A stretch of 64,000 nucleotides of DNA from positions 25,038 through 89,037 of the forward strand of contig WRCO01000002.1 in the NCBI GenBank assembly GCA_009783855.1, given 5' to 3'. A program made the position numbers and the translations under genes. The stretch is from Alphaproteobacteria bacterium (GTDB lineage Bacteria; Pseudomonadota; Alphaproteobacteria; Rs-D84). This document shows, piece by piece, positions 29,262 to 37,644 of the stretch (position 1 is the first letter of the stretch; each line of letters starts with the position of its first letter). Below the pieces are notes generated by a model. That model did no database searches. It was not told where the DNA came from and saw nothing but the letters and a program-made list of their open reading frames with translations.

Positions 29262-29966
29262 ATGAAATCCATGCTTGAAAAGTTCAAAAAGAACAAAACC
29301 GCCGTGCCGGCCCAGAAAAAAACACTTTCGGACCATGCGGAAGACGCGCTGTACCGCGAAGTTAATGAGGAAGTACAGGCACAGCAAATGTACGATTTCA
29401 TAAGAAAATACCTGCGCGTTCTTGTTGCGGTTGCGGCGCTTGCGGTCGTGGTTGTTGTCGCGCTTCAATTGTCAAAGGCTCAAAATGCCAAAACTTTGCG
29501 GCAATCCGCATCGGCATACGAATCGGCCATAATGATGCTTGACGCGGGCAACCCGGTTGCCGCCCGCGAAGCGCTTGTCCGCGCGGCAAGAAGCTCAAGC
29601 GGCGGTATGGCTGACCTTGCATTGTTTTCGGCCGCAAGGATAGATTTGCAAATGGGCGACAGCGACGCAGGAGTGGCAAAACTTGAACAGCTTGTCCGGA
29701 ATGGCCGGACGCGCGATTTTCGCGACCTTGCGCTTGTCAAGCTTGCCATGATGAGGGCGGAACACATGACGGGACGTCAGTTCGAGCAGTTCCTTGCCCC
29801 CGTACAGACCAAACGGTCGCCGTTCTATTACACCGGCATGCTTTTGGTTGCGAAAAAATATCTCTCTGTCGGCGAAGATGTCGCCGCCCGCAGATGGCTT
29901 GACAGAATTACGTCCGACCGCGGCGCCCCGCCAAGCGTTGTGGCAGAGGCGGAAATGTTGAGGTAG
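29262..29966 (+). CDS. YfgM-like membrane-anchored TPR protein (UPF0070)
   Basis: Cytoplasmic N-terminus, one TM (VLVAVAALAVVVVVAL) and a periplasmic TPR-like domain. Immediately upstream of the bamB-like gene, as in the yfgM-bamB arrangement. Confidence 0.55.
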   Translation: MKSMLEKFKKNKTAVPAQKKTLSDHAEDALYREVNEEVQAQQMYDFIRKYLRVLVAVAALAVVVVVALQLSKAQNAKTLRQSASAYESAIMMLDAGNPVAAREALVRAARSSSGGMADLALFSAARIDLQMGDSDAGVAKLEQLVRNGRTRDFRDLALVKLAMMRAEHMTGRQFEQFLAPVQTKRSPFYYTGMLLVAKKYLSVGEDVAARRWLDRITSDRGAPPSVVAEAEMLR

Positions 29967-29971
29967 AACAA

Positions 29972-30066
29972 AGAGCATAGGGCACAGATAAGTGTTGAAA
30001 TTAAAAAGATATTTTACGGATATTAAAAAAGCATCTATGCTCTATGCTCTATGCTCTATGCTCTTG
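29972..30066 (+). promoter_or_regulatory. conserved 5' cassette E1 plus (CTATGCT)x4 heptamer tract preceding the bamB-like gene
   Basis: cacagataagtgttgaaattaaaaagatattttacggatattaaaaaagcatct followed by atgctctatgctctatgctctatgctc. Near-identical copies are at 38930-39003 and 53440-53530; a diverged copy is at 40925-41040. Confidence 0.7.
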
Positions 30067-30765
30067 CTTTTGGCTGCCTGTTCCAAAACCGACCCTGTTT
30101 TGCCCGGAACGCGGCATCCCATATTCCATGCCGGCGGAATCAATCTTTTGGACCGGGCGGTGCCGGATTCCGCGCTTGCCGATATACGGGAGACCGGCAT
30201 ATATGACAATACGTATCGACAGGATTCGAACAATGTCGTCTGGCGGGATACAGAACGCGTATTTTCCGGACTTCCCACAAGCGCCCGCGTTGCGGGCGAA
30301 AGACGGCCGATGGTGGCGGGCGACCATATAATCGCAGGACTGTCGACCGGCGAAGTCGTAAAGGTAAACCGCAACACCAAAGAACCCGAATGGGTCGCGG
30401 ATGTATTCAGGACGTCCGCCATGACCGGCGGGTCAAGCATCCTTGACATAGTCGCGCCTGTTGTCATTGAAAACGACAGATTCATATATGCCGGCGGGCT
30501 TGGCAACGCTTTCTGCAAACTTGATTTTAACACGGGCGCTCGGATATGGTGCGCCGACATCGGCGTGGGCAAGCCGTTCATAGTCCGTGCGGGCGTATCA
30601 TACGTTGTCGGCACGAACGGATTCCTGTATGCGATTGACACCCGCTTGGGCGATGCGTTCTGGCGTGCGGAAATAAGAAGACAGGCAGAGCCGAAAATCT
30701 CCGGCAACGTTATTGCCGTTGGACGGGAAAAATTCGATGCAAGAACGGGGGATAAATTAAAGTGA
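29992..30765 (+). CDS. bamB: BamB-like PQQ beta-propeller lipoprotein (short form, 257 aa)
   Basis: Lipobox LLLAAC|S. PQQ-like repeats (DRFIYAGGLGNAFCKLDFNTGARIWCADIGVG, YVVGTNGFLYAIDTRLGDAFWRAEI). The start is ambiguous (GTG at 29992 or ATG at 30037). Confidence 0.55.
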   Translation: MLKLKRYFTDIKKASMLYALCSMLLLLAACSKTDPVLPGTRHPIFHAGGINLLDRAVPDSALADIRETGIYDNTYRQDSNNVVWRDTERVFSGLPTSARVAGERRPMVAGDHIIAGLSTGEVVKVNRNTKEPEWVADVFRTSAMTGGSSILDIVAPVVIENDRFIYAGGLGNAFCKLDFNTGARIWCADIGVGKPFIVRAGVSYVVGTNGFLYAIDTRLGDAFWRAEIRRQAEPKISGNVIAVGREKFDARTGDKLK

Positions 30766-30861
30766 CGCCGGCCACCAGCGCGAGCCGCCAACACCATTTT
30801 TTCCTTGCCCCCAGGCGATAAGTTTTCTAGAATCATCATCAAGAGAAAACGGGAGAGACAA

Positions 30862-31905
30862 ATGCCACAGAAAAAAACCAAAAAGCCGGTAAAAACGGCG
30901 GTCGAACGAGTCGCGGTCAAAAAGCCCGCACCCGGTTCTTTGCGTATCGCGCCCGCGCCGCGCATACCCGCCACGCGCGCAATGCCCGCGCCGTCTGGAA
31001 ACAAGCTTGTCCATTATGTATACTTGGGCATAATTCTGTTCTTTATTTCGTCGACGTTCTATATCATGGGGCGCAGTTATCACATATTCAACCCGGGCGC
31101 GGACGCCGTGCACGTCGCCATGATGGATATGTCCGGAATGACTGTGGAACAACGCGCCGCGCTTGCGCGCGAATATCTTGAATCGGGGCGGTACAAACTG
31201 TTCGCAGGCAATATTGCGGGCGCGGTCCTTGACCTTTCCGTATCAATTGAAGCGGACGCGACGGACCCGTTCGCGTTCATTTATCGCGGGGAAGCATTTT
31301 TACAGATAAGCGACCTTGACAGGGCCGAAGCCGATTTCACCCGCGCTTTGGAACTTGACGACGGGAATCCGGTCGCGCTTTACGACCGCGCGATGGTCAA
31401 CATAAGGCGCGAAGTCTTTGCGTCTGCGATAAAAGACCTTGACGTTGCGCTTGTATCAAACAGGACGCGCAGGACCGACATCCTGTCCGACCGCGACATC
31501 CTGTCCCGGCGCGCGCAATTGCACCTTTGGATGAAGAATTTCCAGGCGGCGGCGGCGGATTATACGGCGGCGATTGCGGCAAGCGGTCTTATAATTAACC
31601 CGGATGATTTGGCGGGCCGGGCCGAAGCATATACGGGGTTGCAGGCCTGGTCGCCCGCGGCGCGCGATTATCTTGCCGCGATAACGATTATATCCGAAAG
31701 GATACAGGATGCGACGACGGATGACGAACGCGAAAACATGTCGCGCATGGCGATGTCGTATTTTGAAAAATCCGCCGCGCTGCATGTCTTGCTGCATGAC
31801 TTTGTTGCGGCGCGCGCCGACCTTGAATCCGCGATTATGATTGGGACGGCGCTTGGCGACGATGATGCGGTCACCCGTATGCGAAGCCTGTTGGAAGGAA
31901 TGTAA
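30862..31905 (+). CDS. TPR-repeat membrane protein
   Basis: Basic N-terminus, one TM (LGIILFFISSTFYIM), then multiple TPR-like helices. Confidence 0.45.
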   Translation: MPQKKTKKPVKTAVERVAVKKPAPGSLRIAPAPRIPATRAMPAPSGNKLVHYVYLGIILFFISSTFYIMGRSYHIFNPGADAVHVAMMDMSGMTVEQRAALAREYLESGRYKLFAGNIAGAVLDLSVSIEADATDPFAFIYRGEAFLQISDLDRAEADFTRALELDDGNPVALYDRAMVNIRREVFASAIKDLDVALVSNRTRRTDILSDRDILSRRAQLHLWMKNFQAAAADYTAAIAASGLIINPDDLAGRAEAYTGLQAWSPAARDYLAAITIISERIQDATTDDERENMSRMAMSYFEKSAALHVLLHDFVAARADLESAIMIGTALGDDDAVTRMRSLLEGM

Positions 31906-31932
31906 AAAAATCCGCCGCAAGGCGGTTTTTTT
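31905..31932. terminator. bidirectional terminator (aaaaaatccgccgcaaggcggttttttt)
   Basis: Hairpin plus T-runs on both sides. Confidence 0.65.
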
Positions 31933-31934
31933 AA

Positions 31935-32708
31935 CTAACAACTTTTAGCTGTCAGTTGTGTTAACTCTTTCCCGGTCAATTCTCTGAACTTTCCAGATTC
32001 CAGATTCCCAAGTTCTATCGGGCCGTAAGATTCCCGATTCAGCTTGGATACAGGGAGTCCAATATAATCAAACGCGATGCGGATTTCGTTTTTCTTGCCC
32101 TCGGTCAATTTGATTTTTACAAGCAATGGATAACGCGACAGCAATTCAATCTCCATGGGTGCGTATTTCACGCCGTCTATTGTCGCGCCGCGGCGAAGCG
32201 AATCAAACACGGAATCGTCCGCCGAAAGGGGCGATAAGAATTCACGAAGACGGCGGACGCCGTTCGGAGATTTTGCCGCCCCCGGGTCGGGTCGAAGCTT
32301 TGCGGTGTATACGCGGACGATTTTGGATTCCGGCAATGTCAGGCGCCTTGCAATATCGCCGTCGTTGGTAAGCAGCAGCAGTCCCGTCGTTTTGTAATCC
32401 AGCCGCCCGACATATTTCAAACCGCGCATATTTTTTGGCAGACAGTCGTAAATTGTTTTACGTCCGTCGGGGTCGCGCAGCGTCGTCATTGTGTTTGCCG
32501 GCTTGTTGAATGCGATTATTTGTGTTCGGGTTCGTGTGCGGACGGGTTCGTTATTTATGGCGACGACGTCATTCGGTTCGACAAAAAAGACGGGTGTTGT
32601 AACCGGTTTGCCGTTTACGGAAACGGAACCGTTTTCGATAAGACGCTCGGCCTCGCGCCGCGATGCGCCGCCAGAGTCAGAAATAAATTTAGCAAGTCTT
32701 GTTTTCAT
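31935..32708 (-). CDS. pseudouridine synthase RsuA/RluB family (S4 domain + PSU catalytic domain)
   Basis: S4 motif RLAKFISDSGGASRREAERLIENGSVSVNG. Catalytic GRLDYKTTGLLLLTNDG. The C-terminal tail encodes a family D repeat (NLESGKFRELT). Confidence 0.8.
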   Translation of the reverse strand: MKTRLAKFISDSGGASRREAERLIENGSVSVNGKPVTTPVFFVEPNDVVAINNEPVRTRTRTQIIAFNKPANTMTTLRDPDGRKTIYDCLPKNMRGLKYVGRLDYKTTGLLLLTNDGDIARRLTLPESKIVRVYTAKLRPDPGAAKSPNGVRRLREFLSPLSADDSVFDSLRRGATIDGVKYAPMEIELLSRYPLLVKIKLTEGKKNEIRIAFDYIGLPVSKLNRESYGPIELGNLESGKFRELTGKELTQLTAKSC

Positions 32709-32744
32709 AATAACAGTTGTTAGCTGTTAGTTGTTAGTTTTTAA
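32709..32744. repeat. family B repeat at the 3' flank of the T4CP gene
   Basis: cagttgttagctgttagttgttagttttt. Confidence 0.65.
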
Positions 32745-34980
32745 CTTCCCTTGTCTCCCCCGTCCCGTAATCGTATACTTTCGGCACGCCGGGGTACCCC
32801 ATTGTCGCGTGGTGCGACGGGACAAGAAATTCGGGCAACGCCGCCGCGCGCGGAATATCGGTAAGTTTGAACAAATCTTTTTCTTTGCCCGGCCAGACCC
32901 ACGGGACGTCCGCCTCAATCGGGCGATGCGGATAGCCCTGTAAAATCACAAGAAGTTTATCCGAATCAAGTTTCATTATGTCCATCGGACTGTAAAGCAG
33001 CGCCGCTTCTTTTTTGTCGTCTTTTACTTCGCCGGTTTTGTCGTCCGTCTTTTCTTCAATCTTTTTCTGGTATCCTATCATCCTGCTGAACTTGTCCGCA
33101 GTGTCGTAACTGTTTTGACGGAACACAAGTTTCACCGCTGTTGTCGATATTATGGTTTCGGCGGCGTCCGCACCGTATTTGTCCCGGATTTGGGCAATAT
33201 CCTGACCGATTATAAGATACGAAACCTGTTGTCCGCGGCCAAGGTCGGGCCCCTGAATCACAGCCTGCATCTTTTGCATTTTCGGCATTTCGTCCAGCAC
33301 GAACAAGACCGGCGTCGGCCCCAGTTTTTGACCGGCATGCGTATCTTCCGGCTTGTTGGTAAGAAGAAACGCCGACATAAGTTCGATGAATATCGCGCTT
33401 ATCGGATTCAATGCCTCCGCATCGACCATGTTTATGGAAAGGTAAACGGTAACCGGCTCCCACTTTCCCGTCTTTTTGTTTTTGATTCCGCGCAAATCGG
33501 AAAAATGAAAATCGGAATGCGACGTGCGGTTGCGGACGGCCGCGTTTCGGAAAATGTTAAGCCCCGACAATGCCGTCGACATAATCGACCCGCGTTCCTT
33601 GTCCGGCGTGTTTGCAAGCTGTGTAAGTTCTTGGATGGACCGGTGCGCGTATCCGTATTGGCGCGCCTCTTCGACCGCGTCGTGGAACAAATCCTTCATC
33701 GGGTCGGCCATCATCACCATCTGGTCGCCTTGTTTGCGCCTGTCTTCCAATTCTTCGGCGATTCTTATCTGGTTCGTGGTAAGCCAGTCAAGAACCATGG
33801 AAAGCGACGCCTCTTTGCCAACCCATGCGGCCGGTATATTCGCCCAGGTTCCGACGGGAACATAATTCGCGGCCGACAAAGCGCCCGTGGAAAGCATATG
33901 CCGCGCCGCCGCCGCGTTCGGGTCCCGCATCATCGCATACCGTTCGTCAAGAAGGACTCTGTCGGTCTGGTCGAATGTTCCGGAATCAAGGCGCGATTTG
34001 AAATAATCGTTCCATTTTGCGCGCTCTACCTTTGACACAATAAATTGTAAGAATCCGGTAAGCGCCGCGCGGCCCGTAGTGACCCAGTGCGGGTCGGCGG
34101 ACGACGTCGCCTTGTCCGCGACAAGCGTCGCGCAAATAGAGTCTATATAAAGGTCGCGTTTTTCTTGAACAAACGGCACGTGTTCGGGCGACAACGGATT
34201 CCACGACGGATAATATATGCCGCGTTCCGGGTCGTCTTGACCCGCCCAGTTTATGATGAACACCGGACCGATGCCCGCGCGGTACCCGCTTGTCAAAGCG
34301 TCCAATTCAGGTTTGGGGTCGTTGACAATCATGGACACCTTATCGCATTTGAATATGGTCGGCATAACTATGCCGCGGGATTTACCGGACCCCGGCGGCG
34401 CGACGCAAAGCGCGGACAATGTTTCGTCCAGCATAAGGAATTTCTTTTTGAATTTGCCAAGGACGATTATAAAACCGCCGAACAGGCCTTCTTTGTTCTT
34501 TTTGTCGCGGCCCATGCCCTTTACATCATTTTCGTTCGCCTTGCGGGAAGAATCGTCCGCCCACCAGTTCGTGCCATGCGGATTAAATTCGCCAAGGAAC
34601 GTCGGAATCGTAAGCAAATGATACGCGATTATTGCAAACAAGGGCGTAATAACCGGTAAATCGGGGCGAAGGACCGCGCGGACAAGCCATGCCGGAATCT
34701 CTGCAAAAATGCGCAGACCGAACGTATGCAGAATCTGGTCGAAATAAACATGAAGCCACGTGATTGTCGCCGGGCTCCACCCGTACCGCCATATATGCTC
34801 GATTGCAAAGGAAAGTCCGAACGCGGCGATGGATGCAAACCAGGCAAGGAAAAGATAACGGTATTTCCAGAACACAAGGCGCATGTGCGTCCGTTTGTCG
34901 CCCTTGTACGCGTCGGACGAAAAGATGCCAAGGCCCTTGCCTTTACCGCTTACAGATAAGATGTTGAACTTTGCAACCAT
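32734..34980 (-). CDS. type IV secretion coupling protein (VirD4/TraG/TrwB family ATPase), orphan
   Basis: 748 aa. N-terminal TM pair. Walker A LCVAPPGSGKSRGIVMPT (compare VirD4/TraG xAPTRSGKGVGxVIPN). Walker B PVLFVLDEMPKM. No other T4SS genes are adjacent. Confidence 0.6.
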   Translation of the reverse strand: MVAKFNILSVSGKGKGLGIFSSDAYKGDKRTHMRLVFWKYRYLFLAWFASIAAFGLSFAIEHIWRYGWSPATITWLHVYFDQILHTFGLRIFAEIPAWLVRAVLRPDLPVITPLFAIIAYHLLTIPTFLGEFNPHGTNWWADDSSRKANENDVKGMGRDKKNKEGLFGGFIIVLGKFKKKFLMLDETLSALCVAPPGSGKSRGIVMPTIFKCDKVSMIVNDPKPELDALTSGYRAGIGPVFIINWAGQDDPERGIYYPSWNPLSPEHVPFVQEKRDLYIDSICATLVADKATSSADPHWVTTGRAALTGFLQFIVSKVERAKWNDYFKSRLDSGTFDQTDRVLLDERYAMMRDPNAAAARHMLSTGALSAANYVPVGTWANIPAAWVGKEASLSMVLDWLTTNQIRIAEELEDRRKQGDQMVMMADPMKDLFHDAVEEARQYGYAHRSIQELTQLANTPDKERGSIMSTALSGLNIFRNAAVRNRTSHSDFHFSDLRGIKNKKTGKWEPVTVYLSINMVDAEALNPISAIFIELMSAFLLTNKPEDTHAGQKLGPTPVLFVLDEMPKMQKMQAVIQGPDLGRGQQVSYLIIGQDIAQIRDKYGADAAETIISTTAVKLVFRQNSYDTADKFSRMIGYQKKIEEKTDDKTGEVKDDKKEAALLYSPMDIMKLDSDKLLVILQGYPHRPIEADVPWVWPGKEKDLFKLTDIPRAAALPEFLVPSHHATMGYPGVPKVYDYGTGETREVKN

Positions 34981-35033
34981 AGTGGTATTATAACATAATA
35001 ACTGACAACTGACAACTAACAGCTAACAACTAG
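34981..35033. repeat. family B repeat at the 5' flank of the T4CP gene
   Basis: aactgacaactgacaactaacagctaacaac. Confidence 0.65.
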
Positions 35034-35035
35034 AG

Positions 35036-35722
35036 ATGAAAAATATACCAAGGATTTATATAAATGAAAATTTGGAAGTTGGGCGAAGTTTCCCGGTGTC
35101 CAGGGACATCGCGCATTATTTGACCCGTGTTATGCGAACGGACAGATGTTTGGTGTTCAATTATGGAAAAGAGTTCAAGGCTGAGCTTTCAGTTGTCAGC
35201 TGTTCGTTGTTAGTTGTCAGTCCTACTGGGCGGCCCGACCCGTCGAACAATTTGACGCTTGCGTTCGCGCCGGTAAAACAGGCGCGGATGGAGGAAATGC
35301 TTTCCATGGCGACCCAGATGGGCGTAAAAAGGCTTCAGCCCGTAATCACTGCCTTTGTAAATGAACATCATCCGAAATGGGAAAGGATTAAAAAAATTGT
35401 CATAGAGGCGGCGGAGCAATCCGGAAGAAACAGCGTGCCGGAATTGGCAGAGCCGCAAAAATTTACAGAATTTCTGCAGGGGGTAAAAGACTTGGTTTTT
35501 GCGGACGAACGGGCCGCGAGCCCCCGGTCCTTTCCAGATTCCGGGCTTGCGTTGCACGCGCCCCGGAATGACACAATCGTTTTGATAGGGTCAGAGGGCG
35601 GATTTTCAGACGCGGAATTTGATGCGCTGGACAAAGCGGGCGCGACTGGCATAAACCTTGGGCCGACAATTCTTCGGGCGGAGGTCGCTGCGGTGGTGGC
35701 GATTGCGAAAGTTGTTGGTTAA
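35036..35722 (+). CDS. rsmE: 16S rRNA (uracil1498-N3)-methyltransferase RsmE, with an in-frame family B repeat insertion
   Basis: N-terminus MKNIPRIYINENLEVG. SPOUT C-terminal IVLIGSEGGFSDAEFDALDKAGATGINLGPTILRAE. Residues ELSVVSCSLLVVSPTG are encoded by repeat 35188-35222. Confidence 0.8.
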   Translation: MKNIPRIYINENLEVGRSFPVSRDIAHYLTRVMRTDRCLVFNYGKEFKAELSVVSCSLLVVSPTGRPDPSNNLTLAFAPVKQARMEEMLSMATQMGVKRLQPVITAFVNEHHPKWERIKKIVIEAAEQSGRNSVPELAEPQKFTEFLQGVKDLVFADERAASPRSFPDSGLALHAPRNDTIVLIGSEGGFSDAEFDALDKAGATGINLGPTILRAEVAAVVAIAKVVG

Positions 35723-35745
35723 AGATAAAGCCGGCAAAGCTGGAT

Positions 35746-36054
35746 TTATTTTTTATTAAGCTGTGTCAAAAAGTCCGGAAAGCTTTCGTCTTCGTCTTCG
35801 TCTTTTTCTTCCGTTGCCGGTTCCTGGCTTTTGGTGCCGTTTTCCTTTCCGTTGCCGTTTCCGCGGACGCCGTCGATTTTGGTCTGTTCTTCGGATACTA
35901 TGCGGCCGTAATGTTCCGCCATTTGCAACAGTCTTTCGCGTTCGATTTCATCCGAAGTCTTGCGCGCTTGGTCAAGATATTGCCGGCGTTTTTCGCGCCA
36001 GCGGTGGCACCGTTGAATCATAAGTCCGGTCGACATTTGATTTTTTTTATACAT
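35746..36054 (-). CDS. DUF4167-like small basic/acidic protein
   Basis: ERERLLQMAEHYGRIVSEE resembles the DUF4167 AEHYxQHAEHYFR core. Basic N-terminus, acidic C-terminus. Confidence 0.4.
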   Translation of the reverse strand: MYKKNQMSTGLMIQRCHRWREKRRQYLDQARKTSDEIERERLLQMAEHYGRIVSEEQTKIDGVRGNGNGKENGTKSQEPATEEKDEDEDESFPDFLTQLNKK

Positions 36055-36160
36055 ATGGAAAACTTTTGTTTAATGCGGGGGGCATACAGTTGGTCAGTTT
36101 TAAGTTTTATGGGGGTAAATCCGTTAAACGCACCGTGATTATAAACCGTCCTAAAACCGT

Positions 36161-36189
36161 TTGCAATAAATTTTTTAACCGACTAGAAT
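36161..36189 (+). promoter_or_regulatory. sigma70-type promoter TTGCAA-17 nt-TAGAAT directly upstream of Tad-like gene 1 (possibly a leaderless transcript)
   Basis: TTGCAA 36161-36166, TAGAAT 36184-36189. The ATG at 36196 is only 6 nt downstream. Confidence 0.45.
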
Positions 36190-36195
36190 TCGGGC

Positions 36196-37644
36196 ATGGA
36201 GAGAACGACAAACCAAAGCAGCGGAAATTTCATGTTACAGGCCTTGCTTGCGCTTGCGCTTGTCATCGCGTTTATGCCCATGCTTGTGCGGAAAATGGCG
36301 CGCTCGGGGTTCGATGCGGAAATGAACGCGGCCATGCAACAGGTTAATTCCGCGGTGCCGGCCGTGCGCGCGTTCGGGCGGGATAATTACGATTCGCTTC
36401 AATTCGGCGTCCAGATATACGAAGGACGGGATTTCCAAGACGCTTTGGAACCGTACGGGCTTCCCATCGGGTTTGTGCCGCGGACGCCCTTGGGACAGAA
36501 CATCGTCATGATTACAACGCGGAACGACAGCGAGACCATCGCATGGCTTCGTATTATGGGCGGGCGCGCGACCGGGATAGAAAAGGCCGAACTTGCTTTG
36601 CGCATCGGATTCTGGGCGGCGGATGTGGACGGCAACAGGCTTTCCGGCGCGACCGGCGGATGGGACAAGGATATGACGGAATTCGGATACAGGCCGGCAA
36701 GCGGCGCCATATACGTCCGCGTGCCGCTTTCGCATGAATTTTCGGACCTTCTTTCCACCACCGCGCGAAATATCGAAGCCAACCGGATGCACGTAAACCT
36801 TAACATGGGCGGCCGCGATGTGCGCGCCGCGCGCGACATAACCGCACGCGAAGGGAATTTCCGTTCGGTGCTTTCCGGCGATTTCATCCTTTCCGGGGCG
36901 GAAGACGGCCGGCGCCAAAGAAACAGATTTTCCGAACTTAACATACGCCGCGCTCATTTTCAATCAAGGGACGGTTCGAACGCGCTTAACATATCGCGCG
37001 GCACGATGAATGCCCGCTCCGTGGTTGCGCCGACCGTATCCAGATATGGCGACCCGGGTAATCTTACAAGCGAATCCGTATCCGTGCACAATTTTGCGAT
37101 GGCGGCCGGACGCACGGGGTTTATGGGCCCCACCGTATGGGAAGTGCGCGGCGATGCGATATTAAGCAATGTGACGCTTAACACCGAACGCGTGGAGGTC
37201 GGCGGATATATAAACGCCACGCGCGGCCAGGACGTGTTCGTGGATGAAGACGAGCTTACCTTTAATCAAAAATCCGGAATAGAAACCAATATCGTATCGG
37301 CGACCGCGCTTACCCTGCGCGACCAGACTTCGAACGTTCTGCTTGAAGGAGGGTCGGGACCGGTAATCATCGACATCCGGCCGGCGGGGGTTTCCGTGTT
37401 GCCCGACGTGCTTTTGGCCGGGATAAACAACGACGGCATCGCGGCGCTTGCAAGCCCGTCGGACGAATCAGACATAATGACCGCATGCAGAGGCATAATC
37501 GGCGGCCTTCCCGGAGTGAACGCAAGGTACGAGCAGAATTCGCTGGCGCAGAATATAATATGCCGGTTTGTGTTTTGGCAAAGGCTTGAACAAAGAATAG
37601 ACAAGATGCAATGCATACTTGATAGAGGGGAGGAGAATTGTTAA
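36196..37644 (+). CDS. TadG-like large pseudopilin-family protein (prepilin-type N-terminus G|NFMLQALLALALV; beta-helix-like C-terminal repeats)
   Basis: N-terminus QSSGNFMLQALLALALVIAFMPML resembles the TadE/G-like (RGNxAxxFAL) class III signal. Shares the paralog motif MHVNLNMGGRDVRAARDITA with the next two genes. Confidence 0.45.
   Translation: MERTTNQSSGNFMLQALLALALVIAFMPMLVRKMARSGFDAEMNAAMQQVNSAVPAVRAFGRDNYDSLQFGVQIYEGRDFQDALEPYGLPIGFVPRTPLGQNIVMITTRNDSETIAWLRIMGGRATGIEKAELALRIGFWAADVDGNRLSGATGGWDKDMTEFGYRPASGAIYVRVPLSHEFSDLLSTTARNIEANRMHVNLNMGGRDVRAARDITAREGNFRSVLSGDFILSGAEDGRRQRNRFSELNIRRAHFQSRDGSNALNISRGTMNARSVVAPTVSRYGDPGNLTSESVSVHNFAMAAGRTGFMGPTVWEVRGDAILSNVTLNTERVEVGGYINATRGQDVFVDEDELTFNQKSGIETNIVSATALTLRDQTSNVLLEGGSGPVIIDIRPAGVSVLPDVLLAGINNDGIAALASPSDESDIMTACRGIIGGLPGVNARYEQNSLAQNIICRFVFWQRLEQRIDKMQCILDRGEENC

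Noticed and set aside
29972-30066. Could the repeated cassette plus heptamer repeats be a CRISPR array?
   Set aside because: Repeat units are 7 nt and contiguous, with no spacers. The ~60-nt conserved blocks are tens of kb apart, each followed by a different gene, and no cas genes are present.
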